Of a stretch of 32,000 bases of DNA, positions 1-8,167 are shown one piece after another (within the stretch, counting starts at the first letter, position 1; each line of letters begins with the position of its first letter). Below the pieces are notes generated by a model that was given only the letters and a program-made list of their open reading frames with translations, was not told the DNA's origin and searched no databases. A program made the translations under genes and the position numbers. The stretch lies in contig NC_004459.3 in assembly GCF_000039765.1 (NCBI RefSeq), positions 1,410,001-1,442,000 on the forward strand, read 5' to 3'. This DNA is from Vibrio vulnificus CMCP6 (GTDB taxonomy: Bacteria; Pseudomonadota; Gammaproteobacteria; Enterobacterales; Vibrionaceae).

Positions 1-882
1 AATCACACGTTCTGGGTCAAAATATTGCTGTACCCCGAGGCCATCACAGGTGCCACAAGCCCCTGCTGGGTTATTGAACGAGAACAAACGTGGCTCAAGC
101 TCTTGCATACTATAACCACAGTGGGGACACGCAAAATTGGCGGAAAAAACGATCTCTTCACCGTCACCCTCCATAGGGGCAATCACAGCGATGCCACCTG
201 AGAGTTCCAGTGCCGTTTCAAAGGATTCTGCGAGCCTTTGTTGTAAATCGCCACGCACTTTAACGCGGTCAACCACCACTTCAATGGTGTGCTTTTTGTG
301 TAACTCTAGCGTTGGTGGATCGGTGAGGTCACAGGTCTCTCCGTCAATACGCGCACGGATAAAACCTTGAGCAGCAAGATTCTCTAATGTTTTAACGTGC
401 TCGCCTTTGCGCTCTTTCACGATGGGGGCGAGCAACATCATTTTGGCACCTTCAGGCAGCTCCAGCACTTTGTCGACCATTTGGCTAATGGTTTGAGCGG
501 CTAAAGGGACTTGATGTTCAGGACAGCGAGGCTCACCAACGCGGGCATACAGTAGGCGAAGGTAGTCATACACTTCTGTGATGGTTCCTACGGTTGAGCG
601 CGGGTTGTGTGAGGTGGATTTTTGCTCGATAGAAATGGCTGGCGAGAGGCCTTCAATGTGGTCAACATCGGGCTTTTCCATCAATGAAAGAAATTGACGA
701 GCATAAGCAGAGAGGGATTCAACATAACGTCGCTGACCCTCTGCGTACAAAGTGTCAAATGCCAAAGAAGACTTACCTGAGCCGGATAAGCCCGTAATAA
801 CGATCAGTTTATCTCGGGGAATGGTGAGATTTATGTTTTTGAGATTATGGGTACGTGCTCCGCGAACTTCTATCTTGTCCAT
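1..882 (-). CDS. uvrA: UvrA (excinuclease ABC subunit A), N-terminal 294 codons; gene continues beyond window start
   Basis: Absent from the ORF track because it is open at the window edge. My minus-strand translation from ATG 882-880 reads [65 protein letters not shown]... It has Walker A GLSGSGKS and zinc-finger cysteines CPHCGYS...CGTCDGLG, the canonical UvrA N-terminus. Confidence 0.95.
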   Translation of the reverse strand, partial: MDKIEVRGARTHNLKNINLTIPRDKLIVITGLSGSGKSSLAFDTLYAEGQRRYVESLSAYARQFLSLMEKPDVDHIEGLSPAISIEQKSTSHNPRSTVGTITEVYDYLRLLYARVGEPRCPEHQVPLAAQTISQMVDKVLELPEGAKMMLLAPIVKERKGEHVKTLENLAAQGFIRARIDGETCDLTDPPTLELHKKHTIEVVVDRVKVRGDLQQRLAESFETALELSGGIAVIAPMEGDGEEIVFSANFACPHCGYSMQELEPRLFSFNNPAGACGTCDGLGVQQYFDPERVI

Positions 883-950
883 CTTTGATGCTCTGTGTAA
901 TACCAACAAGTTGAGCAAGTATTACATAGTGTGAGAAATGTGCAATAAAA

Positions 951-970
951 TACTGGATAAAAAAACAGTT
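951..970. promoter_or_regulatory. Candidate LexA (SOS) box upstream of uvrA
   Basis: TACTGGATAAAAAAACAGTT contains CTGG-N8-ACAG (953-968), one mismatch from the CTGT-N8-ACAG consensus. It lies about 70-85 nt upstream of the uvrA ATG, and uvrA is a classical SOS gene. Confidence 0.45.
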
Positions 971-1000
971 AAAAATAAGGCGCTTTATTTAAAGCGCCTT
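961..1000 (-). terminator. Rho-independent terminator of galU
   Basis: Perfect 10-bp stem AAGGCGCTTT (977-986) / AAAGCGCCTT (991-1000) with loop ATTT. On the minus strand it is followed by ATTTTTAACTGTTTTTTT. It sits 25 nt downstream of the galU stop. Confidence 0.8.
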
Positions 1001-1024
1001 ACGTCTCGGTTTAGAGGAAGTTGA

Positions 1025-1897
1025 TTACTTCTCTTTTTGCGTACTGAATTTACCCAATTCAGACGTCTTCTCATCTTTCAGATAAAGGTTTTGGTAGCAA
1101 TAGTTGGTTGCTTCGATATAGCCTTCAACGCTGCCGCAATCAAAACGACGACCTTTAAACTTATATGCCAATACACAACCTGCTTTTGCTTGTTTGAGTA
1201 GTGCGTCGGTGATTTGAATTTCCCCGCCTTTACCTGGTTCAGTTTGCTCAATCAGATCAAAAATATCTGGGGTAAGAATGTAACGACCAATAATTGCAAG
1301 ATTACTTGGCGCGGTACCAGGTTCTGGCTTCTCCACCATGTTGTCTACGCGGAAGAGATCGTCTTTGATCATTTCGCCAGAGATCACGCCGTATTTATGA
1401 GTTTCATTTTCAGGTACTTCCTGAACAGCAACGATCGAACAGCGGAACTGCTTAAACAGCGCGACCATTTGTGCCAAGACACCTTGTTCTTCATTGACAC
1501 AAAGGTCATCAGCCAGTACGACGGCAAAAGGTTGATCCCCAACGAGTTCACGGCCCGTTAAGATGGCGTGCCCTAAGCCCTTCATTTCACGCTGGCGAAT
1601 GTAGGTAAAGTTCGCGGAGTCGATCAAAGCACGTACATCTTCCAATAGGGCTTCTTTGTTGGTACCACTAATCTGATGTTCTAATTCGTAGTTTTTATCG
1701 AAGTGATCCATGATTGAATGCTTACCACGACCAGTAACAATGCACATTCCGTCCATACCCGCTTGGATGGCTTCCTCCACACCGTATTCGATCAGAGGTT
1801 TGTTCACCACTGGCATCATTTCTTTTGGCATCGATTTGGTCGCAGGTAAGAAGCGAGTGCCGTAGCCAGCGGCAGGGAAAAGGCATTTTTTAATCAT
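1025..1897 (-). CDS. galU: UTP-glucose-1-phosphate uridylyltransferase GalU
   Basis: 290-aa ORF. N-terminus MIKKCLFPAAGYGTRFLPATKSMPKEMMPVVNKPLIEYGVEEA carries the GalU nucleotidyltransferase signature G-x-G-T-R-x-L-P-x-T-K. Full-length similarity to enterobacterial GalU, from memory. Confidence 0.95.
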   Translation of the reverse strand: MIKKCLFPAAGYGTRFLPATKSMPKEMMPVVNKPLIEYGVEEAIQAGMDGMCIVTGRGKHSIMDHFDKNYELEHQISGTNKEALLEDVRALIDSANFTYIRQREMKGLGHAILTGRELVGDQPFAVVLADDLCVNEEQGVLAQMVALFKQFRCSIVAVQEVPENETHKYGVISGEMIKDDLFRVDNMVEKPEPGTAPSNLAIIGRYILTPDIFDLIEQTEPGKGGEIQITDALLKQAKAGCVLAYKFKGRRFDCGSVEGYIEATNYCYQNLYLKDEKTSELGKFSTQKEK

Positions 1898-2082
1898 TGA
1901 ATAGTGTCCTTATCAAATCGAACTCCTCACCGAAACAATACGCACGTAAAAATTAAAGCCGAGCGCGCAGCATTTCCTTTGTGGTGTGTTGTTCCATAAA
2001 CAGTTAGTTATCATTAGGGGCGATTCTAACCTGTTATTTTGTCATACGTTACACTCTAAAGGAAAATTCGCGATCTTCTTAC

Positions 2083-2730
2083 TTATGAGATCAAATTTTG
2101 GTCAGCCCACGCGGCAGCTTGGACACGATTCTTCACGGAGAGCTTTCTAAAGGTTTGATAGAGATGCGACTTTACGGTGAATTCACTAATGAAAAGATCT
2201 TCGGCGATTTGAGAATTTGACTTGCCAGACTGCACGCAGCGTAACACTTGAATTTCTCTCATCGTGAGATCCACATTCACTGGTGAAGTGTGTGAACAAA
2301 CCATATTTCGATAGTAGTGGATGAGTTGTGCACTGACGTCGCGTGGCAGCCAGCTTTTGCCATTAATCACCGAATTTAGTCCTTTGGCCATGTCTGTAAT
2401 GGCGGTGTCTCGGTAGAAGATCGCTTTGCACTGGCCAAAACCGATCAGTTCCTCAGTCGTCAATCGGCTAGGTACATTACACAGGACCGTTTCAAACCCT
2501 TTCCATATCAGGGGTAGGTTTTTAATTTCTCTCAACAGCACCTTATGTTGCTGATGATCAATTAATAAGATGCGATTACGATGATTGGGATCAGCTTGCA
2601 TGAGCGTTGCCGGGGTAATCACAGGGATCTCCATTTGAATCTGTTTAGCTAATACCGTGACGAACTCAGGAGTTTGTTCGTTTTGCAAACTGATAAAAAA
2701 TGGCTTCCGCGCGTAAGAAGATTTTCTCAT
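2083..2730 (-). CDS. qstR: LuxR-family (VpsT/CsgD-like) transcriptional regulator, probably QstR
   Basis: C-terminal LuxR-type HTH (LTMREIQVLRCVQSGKSNSQIAEDLFISEFTVKSHLYQTFRKLSVKNRVQAAAWA). The position between galU and ssb matches my memory of the V. cholerae locus named QstR. I chose the second ATG (2730, MRKSSYARK...) because GGAGG sits 5 nt upstream of it. The track start at 2742 has no Shine-Dalgarno. Confidence 0.75.
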   Translation of the reverse strand: MRKSSYARKPFFISLQNEQTPEFVTVLAKQIQMEIPVITPATLMQADPNHRNRILLIDHQQHKVLLREIKNLPLIWKGFETVLCNVPSRLTTEELIGFGQCKAIFYRDTAITDMAKGLNSVINGKSWLPRDVSAQLIHYYRNMVCSHTSPVNVDLTMREIQVLRCVQSGKSNSQIAEDLFISEFTVKSHLYQTFRKLSVKNRVQAAAWADQNLIS

Positions 2731-2955
2731 AACAACCTCCATTTATGGTTAATTATTGAATAAGTCGAATGCGCGGGTGCAACGTTGTCATCATTAAATC
2801 GCACAGGCTACTGGCAGAATAGCGAAATGCGTAGAATTTCATATGGATAAGTAAATGAGAGATTTATTAGCGCAAAAAAACGTTTAGTCGCTCCTAAATC
2901 TTGCAATTTTTAGCTTGGTCTGAGGTGATGGATAACACACAATTTGGCGACTATT

Positions 2956-2983
2956 TTTACCATAGCTAAAAGCGTGCTATTCT
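2956..2983 (+). promoter_or_regulatory. Candidate sigma70 promoter for ssb
   Basis: TTTACC (2956-2961), 16-nt spacer, extended -10 TGCTATTCT (2975-2983). It lies about 45 nt upstream of the ssb ATG. Sequence match only. Confidence 0.3.
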
Positions 2984-3029
2984 ATTGCGCTAACTATTTA
3001 TTAATACCGAAAGTTAAACGGAGCACATC

Positions 3030-3569
3030 ATGGCCAGCCGTGGAATTAACAAAGTAATCTTGGTAGGGAACTTAGGTAACGACCCTGAAATTCGTTACAT
3101 GCCAAGTGGCGGTGCGGTGGCGAATATCACCGTTGCAACTTCAGAAACTTGGCGCGACAAAGCGACAGGCGAGCCGCGTGAGAAAACAGAATGGCACCGT
3201 GTGACGTTATACGGCAAGCTGGCAGAAGTCGCGGGTGAATACCTACGCAAAGGTTCTCAAGTCTACATTGAAGGACAACTGCAAACGCGCAAATGGCAAG
3301 ACCAAAATGGTCAAGACCGTTATTCAACTGAAGTCGTTGTACAAGGCTACAATGGCATTATGCAAATGTTGGGTGGTCGTCAGCAGCAAGGTGGCGCCCC
3401 AGCGATGGGTGGTGCTCCGCAGCAGCAACAAGGTGGTTGGGGTCAGCCTCAACAGCCAGCCGCACAGCCGTCTTACCAAAAGCAGGCTCCAGCGCAACAA
3501 CAGCCAATGCAGTCTCAGCCTCAGTACAATGAGCCGCCAATGGACTTTGACGACGACATTCCGTTTTAA
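3030..3569 (+). CDS. ssb: Single-stranded DNA-binding protein SSB
   Basis: [44 protein letters not shown]... is an OB-fold nearly identical to E. coli SSB. It is followed by a Gly/Gln/Pro-rich disordered linker and the acidic tip DFDDDIPF. Confidence 0.97.
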   Translation: MASRGINKVILVGNLGNDPEIRYMPSGGAVANITVATSETWRDKATGEPREKTEWHRVTLYGKLAEVAGEYLRKGSQVYIEGQLQTRKWQDQNGQDRYSTEVVVQGYNGIMQMLGGRQQQGGAPAMGGAPQQQQGGWGQPQQPAAQPSYQKQAPAQQQPMQSQPQYNEPPMDFDDDIPF

Positions 3570-3591
3570 GCCGTCGCTAAATTATATAGAC

Positions 3592-3618
3592 GAAAGCCGC
3601 GATTCCCGCGGCTTTTTC
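3592..3618 (+). terminator. Rho-independent terminator of ssb
   Basis: Stem AAGCCGCG (3594-3601) / CGCGGCTT (3607-3614) with loop ATTCC, followed by a T-run (TTTTTC). It starts 23 nt after the ssb stop. Confidence 0.8.
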
Positions 3619-3649
3619 AATGACACTTCTCACATCTACTGAGAGTAGA

Positions 3650-3678
3650 TTGTTAACCATTCACTTATCAAGTATATA
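3650..3678 (+). promoter_or_regulatory. Candidate sigma70 promoter for csrD/mshH
   Basis: TTGTTA (3650-3655), 17-nt spacer, TATATA (3673-3678). It lies about 45 nt upstream of ATG 3722 and just downstream of the ssb terminator. Confidence 0.4.
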
Positions 3679-3721
3679 GAAATAAACGGTATATGATGAA
3701 TGGAAAAGGAATTCGGTGTTC

Positions 3722-5719
3722 ATGAGGTATACCCCGACTCTCAAACTCAGTACTCGACTTGTAGCCTTCGTTACAATGATCGTTATCAGTGCCATGTTTA
3801 TCCTCTTTATTGGTGGCACTCTCTCATTTAAAAAGCTTGGTCAGGAATATCTCAACCACTATTTGGCGGGCATTGTCGAAGTGTTGGATAAAGAGATGGA
3901 GGATCCTGATGCCGCATATTCTATGCAGCGTTGGATGCCGAAAATGCTGCAAGCTTCCAATATCGTAGAAATGAAGCTTTCTACCGATTCTGGGGTGGTC
4001 TACCGTTTCAAGGACACCTCGCCACAAATTGACGTCAATCGCCTTTATGAACAAAGTTATGTGCTTCAGCGTAATCCCGGGTATCGCGTCGAGTTCAAAG
4101 CGACACCGCCTTACGTTGGCTTTGGTTATTCGTTTCAAGCGTTGTGGTCGATTACCTTAGCGGTTGGCTTGATCATTTTTTGTTTAATGCGTGGTGTGAA
4201 ATGGCTGAAAGAGCAGCTATATGGCTCAGAGCTATTGGAAGAGCGCGGACGCATGATTCTGGCAGGACGAGTGGAACAATACGCCAAAGGTGACGAGCGA
4301 GAGTGGCCTTACACGGCAAGTGAAGCGTTAGACATGCTGATTGAAGAGCTGCGCGATGCACGTCAAGAGCGCAGTCGCTTTGATACGTTTATTCGTACCC
4401 AAACTTTTCTGGATAAATTGACGGGCACGGCGAATCGGGTGTTATTTGACAATAAACTGGAATCGGCGCTGCATGAGAGTGGGGCGCAAGGTGCGGTGTT
4501 ATTGATGCGCATTGCGGATTGGAAAAGTGTGTCAGAAGAAAATGACAAACAAATGGCCGATGAATTTGTTATTGAAGTGGGCAGCCTCATTTCCAATTTG
4601 GTTCAGCGTTTTCCTGAAGTGGTCTTCTCACGCTATTACCCGTCCGACTTCGCTCTCTTTATCCCTCATTTAGGTGCCAAAGACGTCGCCAATCTGGCGT
4701 CGCAGTGCATTCGTCAGCTGGAGAAACTCAATCCCCCTTACCCACTGGATAAAGAAAACTGGTGTCACATTGGTGTCACTATGTATCAGGAGGGGGAACG
4801 ACACAGCCAAATTATGGATGAAGCGGAAACCGCACTGCGAAGTGCTCAATTACAGAGCAATAATAACTGGAGTCGATTTAAGAAGTGGAATCATATTGAT
4901 GAAACAAGAGGTAGTGTGAAGTGGCGTACCATTTTTGAGACAGCCATGTCGACTGAAAATGTGCTAGTCTTCGGACAATTGTCTTATTTATTAGACGGAC
5001 AGCAGTTAAATCCATTGCATACTGAGTTAACATGTCGAATTGTTGATCCAGAAAACGGCATTGTGAAAGCCTCTCGCTATATGTCTGCGTTAAAGCAGGT
5101 TGGGTTTGAGAGTCAAATGGACCGCGCGGTCATCGGCAAAGTGTTTGCTCATTTGCGTGCAAATTCTGAGAATATCGGCAAATTGTCACTGAATTTACAC
5201 GTCACGCCGTTTGCCAACCGTCATTATTTCAAATGGTTCCGAGACGAACTGCTACAGTTACCTAGTGAGTATCGAACAAAATTGAGTTTTGAGTTTGTTG
5301 AAAGTCACTTAGTAAGGCATCTGGATTATATGAGACCTGTGGCAAAAATGTTGTCAGGTTTGGGGTGCCAACTGGTGGTCGGGCAAGCTGGTAGAACCAT
5401 TGTGAGTACGCATTATTTGAAAGATTTGGGTGTGGATTACTTAAAATTACATCGAAGTCTGACAAAGAAAATAGAACAACGCCATGAAAACCAGTTGTTT
5501 GTTCGTAGTATGCTGGGCGCGGGCGCAGGGACGAAAGTGAAAGTCATTGCGGTTGGCGTTGAAACCAAGCAAGAGTGGTCAACCTTGGTTGAGCTAGGCA
5601 TACATGGTGGACAAGGGCGCTATTTCTCCGTTGAAAATCAGTGGTTACCGCCAGTCGTGACCACTGTGGAAGAAAAACAAACGAAAACGGCAAGACGCAA
5701 TCGCTGGCGTCGAAAATAA
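3722..5719 (+). CDS. csrD: CsrD/MshH: membrane protein with degenerate GGDEF and EAL domains
   Basis: Two N-terminal TM segments (LVAFVTMIVISAMFILFIGG and ALWSITLAVGLIIFCLM). The GGDEF-like domain has YPSDF (4637-4651) in place of GGDEF. The EAL-like domain has ELT (5024-5032) in place of EAL. This is the same architecture and degeneracy as E. coli CsrD (YhdA), and it sits at the csrD-mreB syntenic position. I used ATG 3722 rather than the track's GTG 3716. Confidence 0.9.
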   Translation: MRYTPTLKLSTRLVAFVTMIVISAMFILFIGGTLSFKKLGQEYLNHYLAGIVEVLDKEMEDPDAAYSMQRWMPKMLQASNIVEMKLSTDSGVVYRFKDTSPQIDVNRLYEQSYVLQRNPGYRVEFKATPPYVGFGYSFQALWSITLAVGLIIFCLMRGVKWLKEQLYGSELLEERGRMILAGRVEQYAKGDEREWPYTASEALDMLIEELRDARQERSRFDTFIRTQTFLDKLTGTANRVLFDNKLESALHESGAQGAVLLMRIADWKSVSEENDKQMADEFVIEVGSLISNLVQRFPEVVFSRYYPSDFALFIPHLGAKDVANLASQCIRQLEKLNPPYPLDKENWCHIGVTMYQEGERHSQIMDEAETALRSAQLQSNNNWSRFKKWNHIDETRGSVKWRTIFETAMSTENVLVFGQLSYLLDGQQLNPLHTELTCRIVDPENGIVKASRYMSALKQVGFESQMDRAVIGKVFAHLRANSENIGKLSLNLHVTPFANRHYFKWFRDELLQLPSEYRTKLSFEFVESHLVRHLDYMRPVAKMLSGLGCQLVVGQAGRTIVSTHYLKDLGVDYLKLHRSLTKKIEQRHENQLFVRSMLGAGAGTKVKVIAVGVETKQEWSTLVELGIHGGQGRYFSVENQWLPPVVTTVEEKQTKTARRNRWRRK

Positions 5720-5731
5720 GAAGAAAAACAG

Positions 5732-7192
5732 ATGAATGTGAAGTCATTGCTCGAAAAATTGAGAGGCCAAGCTAATGGCGGGGAGCAGCGTTTTGTCATG
5801 CTTCAGCCTGATGCCGTCTACTTTGCCGCTCAAGGCGAGTTGAGTACCGAAAGTGCTACGTCTCAAGCGCTTTTTGAACCTATCGATGAGAGTTGGGAAA
5901 AAGCACTTGAGAAAGTTCTGCAGTTACAGTTCACGCCTGGTGAAAAGGTGACTGTGTTACTGGCCAGCCATCATTACCAAGTTTTTCAAATAGAAAAGCC
6001 AGCGATCCCACGAGAAGAGTGGCCGTCTGCTTTACCTTTCCTAGTCAAAGATCTTATTTCTGAACGCCCAACAGAAATTGTCGCTGACGGACGTTTACTT
6101 CCGAATAGCAGCAAACTGCAAGTGTATGTTCTGCCGAAAAAGATCGTGGATAAACTGCTGGATTTGATTGTTCGAAATCAGTGCGAGTTACATTCGATTG
6201 TTCCCGAAGACGAAATTTGGGCGCACAGCGCTGGTGAGTTGGCCAATTTTCTTCTATTGCAACGCAGCGCCAAAGGGCAATTCAAACTCGGTGCCTTTGT
6301 TGAACACACGCCGATGTTCCAACGAACCATTCGTTCCGTTTTTCCTCCATTAACTGGTGAAGCAGCCAGTGCCCTTCAGCTTGATGGGCTGGCTCTGGAG
6401 CTACAACGTTCCATCGATTATCTCTCATCACAAATTAAAGGTGTCTCCCTCAATCAGCTTAAAATTTGCTGTGATGAAGAGGACCACGCAGAGCTTGTCT
6501 CGGCGCTCAATGAACGATTAAGTGCGAATGCCTCAGTATTAGATGACGAGGGAAGACTCTCTGGCAACATCGTAGTGGATTGTGCAGCGCAGCTCGGTAA
6601 GGCTGAAATCAATCTTTATCCTGAGCACCTTAAGCCTAAAAAAGAGCTGTTCACGCTCAATAATGTAGCGGCTGGCTGGGGAGGCATCGCGGCGATTTTC
6701 TTGATGGTGTACGCCTTCGCGTTATGGCAGCAACGCGCCATCGATAATCAACTTGCTAATGTGCAAGCGGAATCTCATCAACTGACTCAGCAGCTTAGTC
6801 AACTGCAAGCCAAGTTAGACCAGCATAAACCCTCTTCAGAAAAACTGGCGGCGGTGGAGCGCTTAAAAGTGAAAGTTCGAGCGCAAGAAGCGTCGCTCAA
6901 CGCGATTAGCCAATACGATACGTCATTGCAAACAGGGTATTCTGGAATGATGTTGTCGCTCGCGAAGCTCGGCAGAAATGACATCTCACTGACGGACATC
7001 AGTGTGGTGGGGGCGAATTTAGACGTGAAAGGCCTTGCGATCAGTGCTAATGCGGTGCCGAACTGGGTAAACCAGTTTAAGCATGAACTGCCTCTGGTTG
7101 GTCGCAGCTTTGATAAGGTGAAAATCGGACGTAACGAAGACGATGTCATCACGTTCGAACTCAAAACGAAAGCAGAAGGTAAAGGCCAATGA
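5732..7192 (+). CDS. mshI: MSHA biogenesis protein MshI (PilM-like N-terminal part fused to a PilN-like TM/coiled-coil part)
   Basis: 486-aa ORF and first gene of the msh block. It has a central TM segment AAGWGGIAAIFLMVYAFALW followed by a Gln/Leu-rich coiled coil (QLANVQAESHQLTQQLSQLQAKLDQ). Its stop overlaps the mshJ start (ATGA at 7189-7192). Named from the remembered V. cholerae order mshHIJKLMNEGFBACDOPQ. Confidence 0.85.
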   Translation: MNVKSLLEKLRGQANGGEQRFVMLQPDAVYFAAQGELSTESATSQALFEPIDESWEKALEKVLQLQFTPGEKVTVLLASHHYQVFQIEKPAIPREEWPSALPFLVKDLISERPTEIVADGRLLPNSSKLQVYVLPKKIVDKLLDLIVRNQCELHSIVPEDEIWAHSAGELANFLLLQRSAKGQFKLGAFVEHTPMFQRTIRSVFPPLTGEAASALQLDGLALELQRSIDYLSSQIKGVSLNQLKICCDEEDHAELVSALNERLSANASVLDDEGRLSGNIVVDCAAQLGKAEINLYPEHLKPKKELFTLNNVAAGWGGIAAIFLMVYAFALWQQRAIDNQLANVQAESHQLTQQLSQLQAKLDQHKPSSEKLAAVERLKVKVRAQEASLNAISQYDTSLQTGYSGMMLSLAKLGRNDISLTDISVVGANLDVKGLAISANAVPNWVNQFKHELPLVGRSFDKVKIGRNEDDVITFELKTKAEGKGQ

Positions 7193-7839
7193 AGCAGCAG
7201 TGGAATGCTTGGAATGACAAGTTTCTTGCCTTAAGTGGCCGAGAGAAGTGGCTGATTACGCTCTGTGGTTTGGTGGTGATTGTACTGCTGTTGTTTACCT
7301 TGGTGATTGAGCCTGCTTGGAAGCAGTTAGCGGCGAAAAAAGAACAACTGAGTAGCACCATTCAGCTTAATCAGAAGCTACAAGGCGACATTCTGGTAAT
7401 TCAGGCTAAGCTCAATAAAGACCCGAATAGAGAAATCGACATCGAAATGAAGAGCTTATTGGCGCGAAGTCAAGAACTCGGCATGCAGTTGTCTGAAGTG
7501 ATTGGCAATCTGCTTTCTCCTAGCCAAATGGCGGAATTACTGGAGACGGTACTCGATAAAAGCAGTGGCGTTAAGTTGATTTCATTGGAGTCGTTGCGTG
7601 CAGAGCCAATAGAGGGTAACCCAGAAAATTCTGAGTATTCGGGGTATTACGTTCACCCAGTGCGATTAGAAATGACTGGCGACTTTTTCGCGATTCAAGG
7701 CTATTTGAGTAAGCTTGAGAATTTGCCAGTGAAATACTATTGGCGCCGCTTCCACTACCAAGTAGAGGAGTATCCTCAAGCTCGCGTGGTGTTGGAAGTG
7801 TATACGTTAGGAACAAGACAGGAGTTTATTGGTGGTTAG
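7189..7839 (+). CDS. mshJ: MSHA biogenesis protein MshJ (PilO-like bitopic inner-membrane protein)
   Basis: 216-aa ORF with a single TM (WLITLCGLVVIVLLLFTLVI) followed by a coiled coil and a C-terminal globular part. Position and coupling within the msh operon support the call. Confidence 0.85.
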   Translation: MKQQWNAWNDKFLALSGREKWLITLCGLVVIVLLLFTLVIEPAWKQLAAKKEQLSSTIQLNQKLQGDILVIQAKLNKDPNREIDIEMKSLLARSQELGMQLSEVIGNLLSPSQMAELLETVLDKSSGVKLISLESLRAEPIEGNPENSEYSGYYVHPVRLEMTGDFFAIQGYLSKLENLPVKYYWRRFHYQVEEYPQARVVLEVYTLGTRQEFIGG

Positions 7840-8152
7840 ATTTCTTCTGTTATCACTGTGTTTCGCTGGTGGAAATGCGTATGCGACTCAAGATCCAACG
7901 GCTCCGCTAGGTTGGACGAAGCCCGCTCAAACCAAGCCAAGTGCACAGAGACAATATCGCTTACCGACGTTACAAAGCATCGTCTGTCAGTCACCGAAAG
8001 AGTGTGTGGCGATTTTAAATGACGATGTGGTCAGTGTGGGCGAAACCATACGCGGTTATAAAGTCACTCAAATTGATTCTGATGTGGTGACATTAAAGCG
8101 AGGCTCCAAGCTGTGGAAATTAGAGCTTTTTAATCTGGATATAAAAGAATAA
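7829..8152 (+). CDS. mshK: MSHA biogenesis protein MshK (small periplasmic protein)
   Basis: 107-aa ORF with a Sec signal peptide (VVRFLLLSLCFAGGNAYA-TQD). It overlaps the mshJ end by 11 nt. The start codon is non-ATG (TTG 7829 or GTG 7832). Confidence 0.75.
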   Translation: MVVRFLLLSLCFAGGNAYATQDPTAPLGWTKPAQTKPSAQRQYRLPTLQSIVCQSPKECVAILNDDVVSVGETIRGYKVTQIDSDVVTLKRGSKLWKLELFNLDIKE

Positions 8153-8167
8153 TAAGGTTTGAATCAA

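Noticed and set aside
137-934. Plus-strand ORFs 137-370 (77 aa) and 752-934 (60 aa).
   Set aside because: Both lie antisense within the clearly homologous uvrA reading frame. Their products are low-complexity Ser/Pro/Arg-rich sequences typical of shadow ORFs, and neither has a Shine-Dalgarno.
1214-1561. Plus-strand 115-aa ORF inside galU.
   Set aside because: It is antisense to a full-length, strongly recognisable galU, has no recognisable motifs, and is a shadow ORF.
2753-2759. TTATTGA resembling the left half of a HapR/LuxR-family operator, just upstream of qstR.
   Set aside because: Only the half-site matches and the right half does not fit the remembered consensus. It sits about 22 nt from the start codon, probably within the 5' UTR. 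That is insufficient to call a site.
3370-3545. Repetitive CAG/CAA/CCA-rich DNA (the QQQGG...PQQP stretch) that looks like a tandem repeat.
   Set aside because: It encodes the normal intrinsically disordered Gly/Gln/Pro linker of SSB, ending in the conserved acidic tip DFDDDIPF. It is not an independent repeat element.
3235-3642. 135-aa plus-strand ORF overlapping ssb in another frame, plus minus-strand ORFs 3127-3327 and 3358-3540.
   Set aside because: They overlap the highly conserved ssb frame. The long open frames arise from the GC-rich, Gln/Pro-codon-repetitive linker region.
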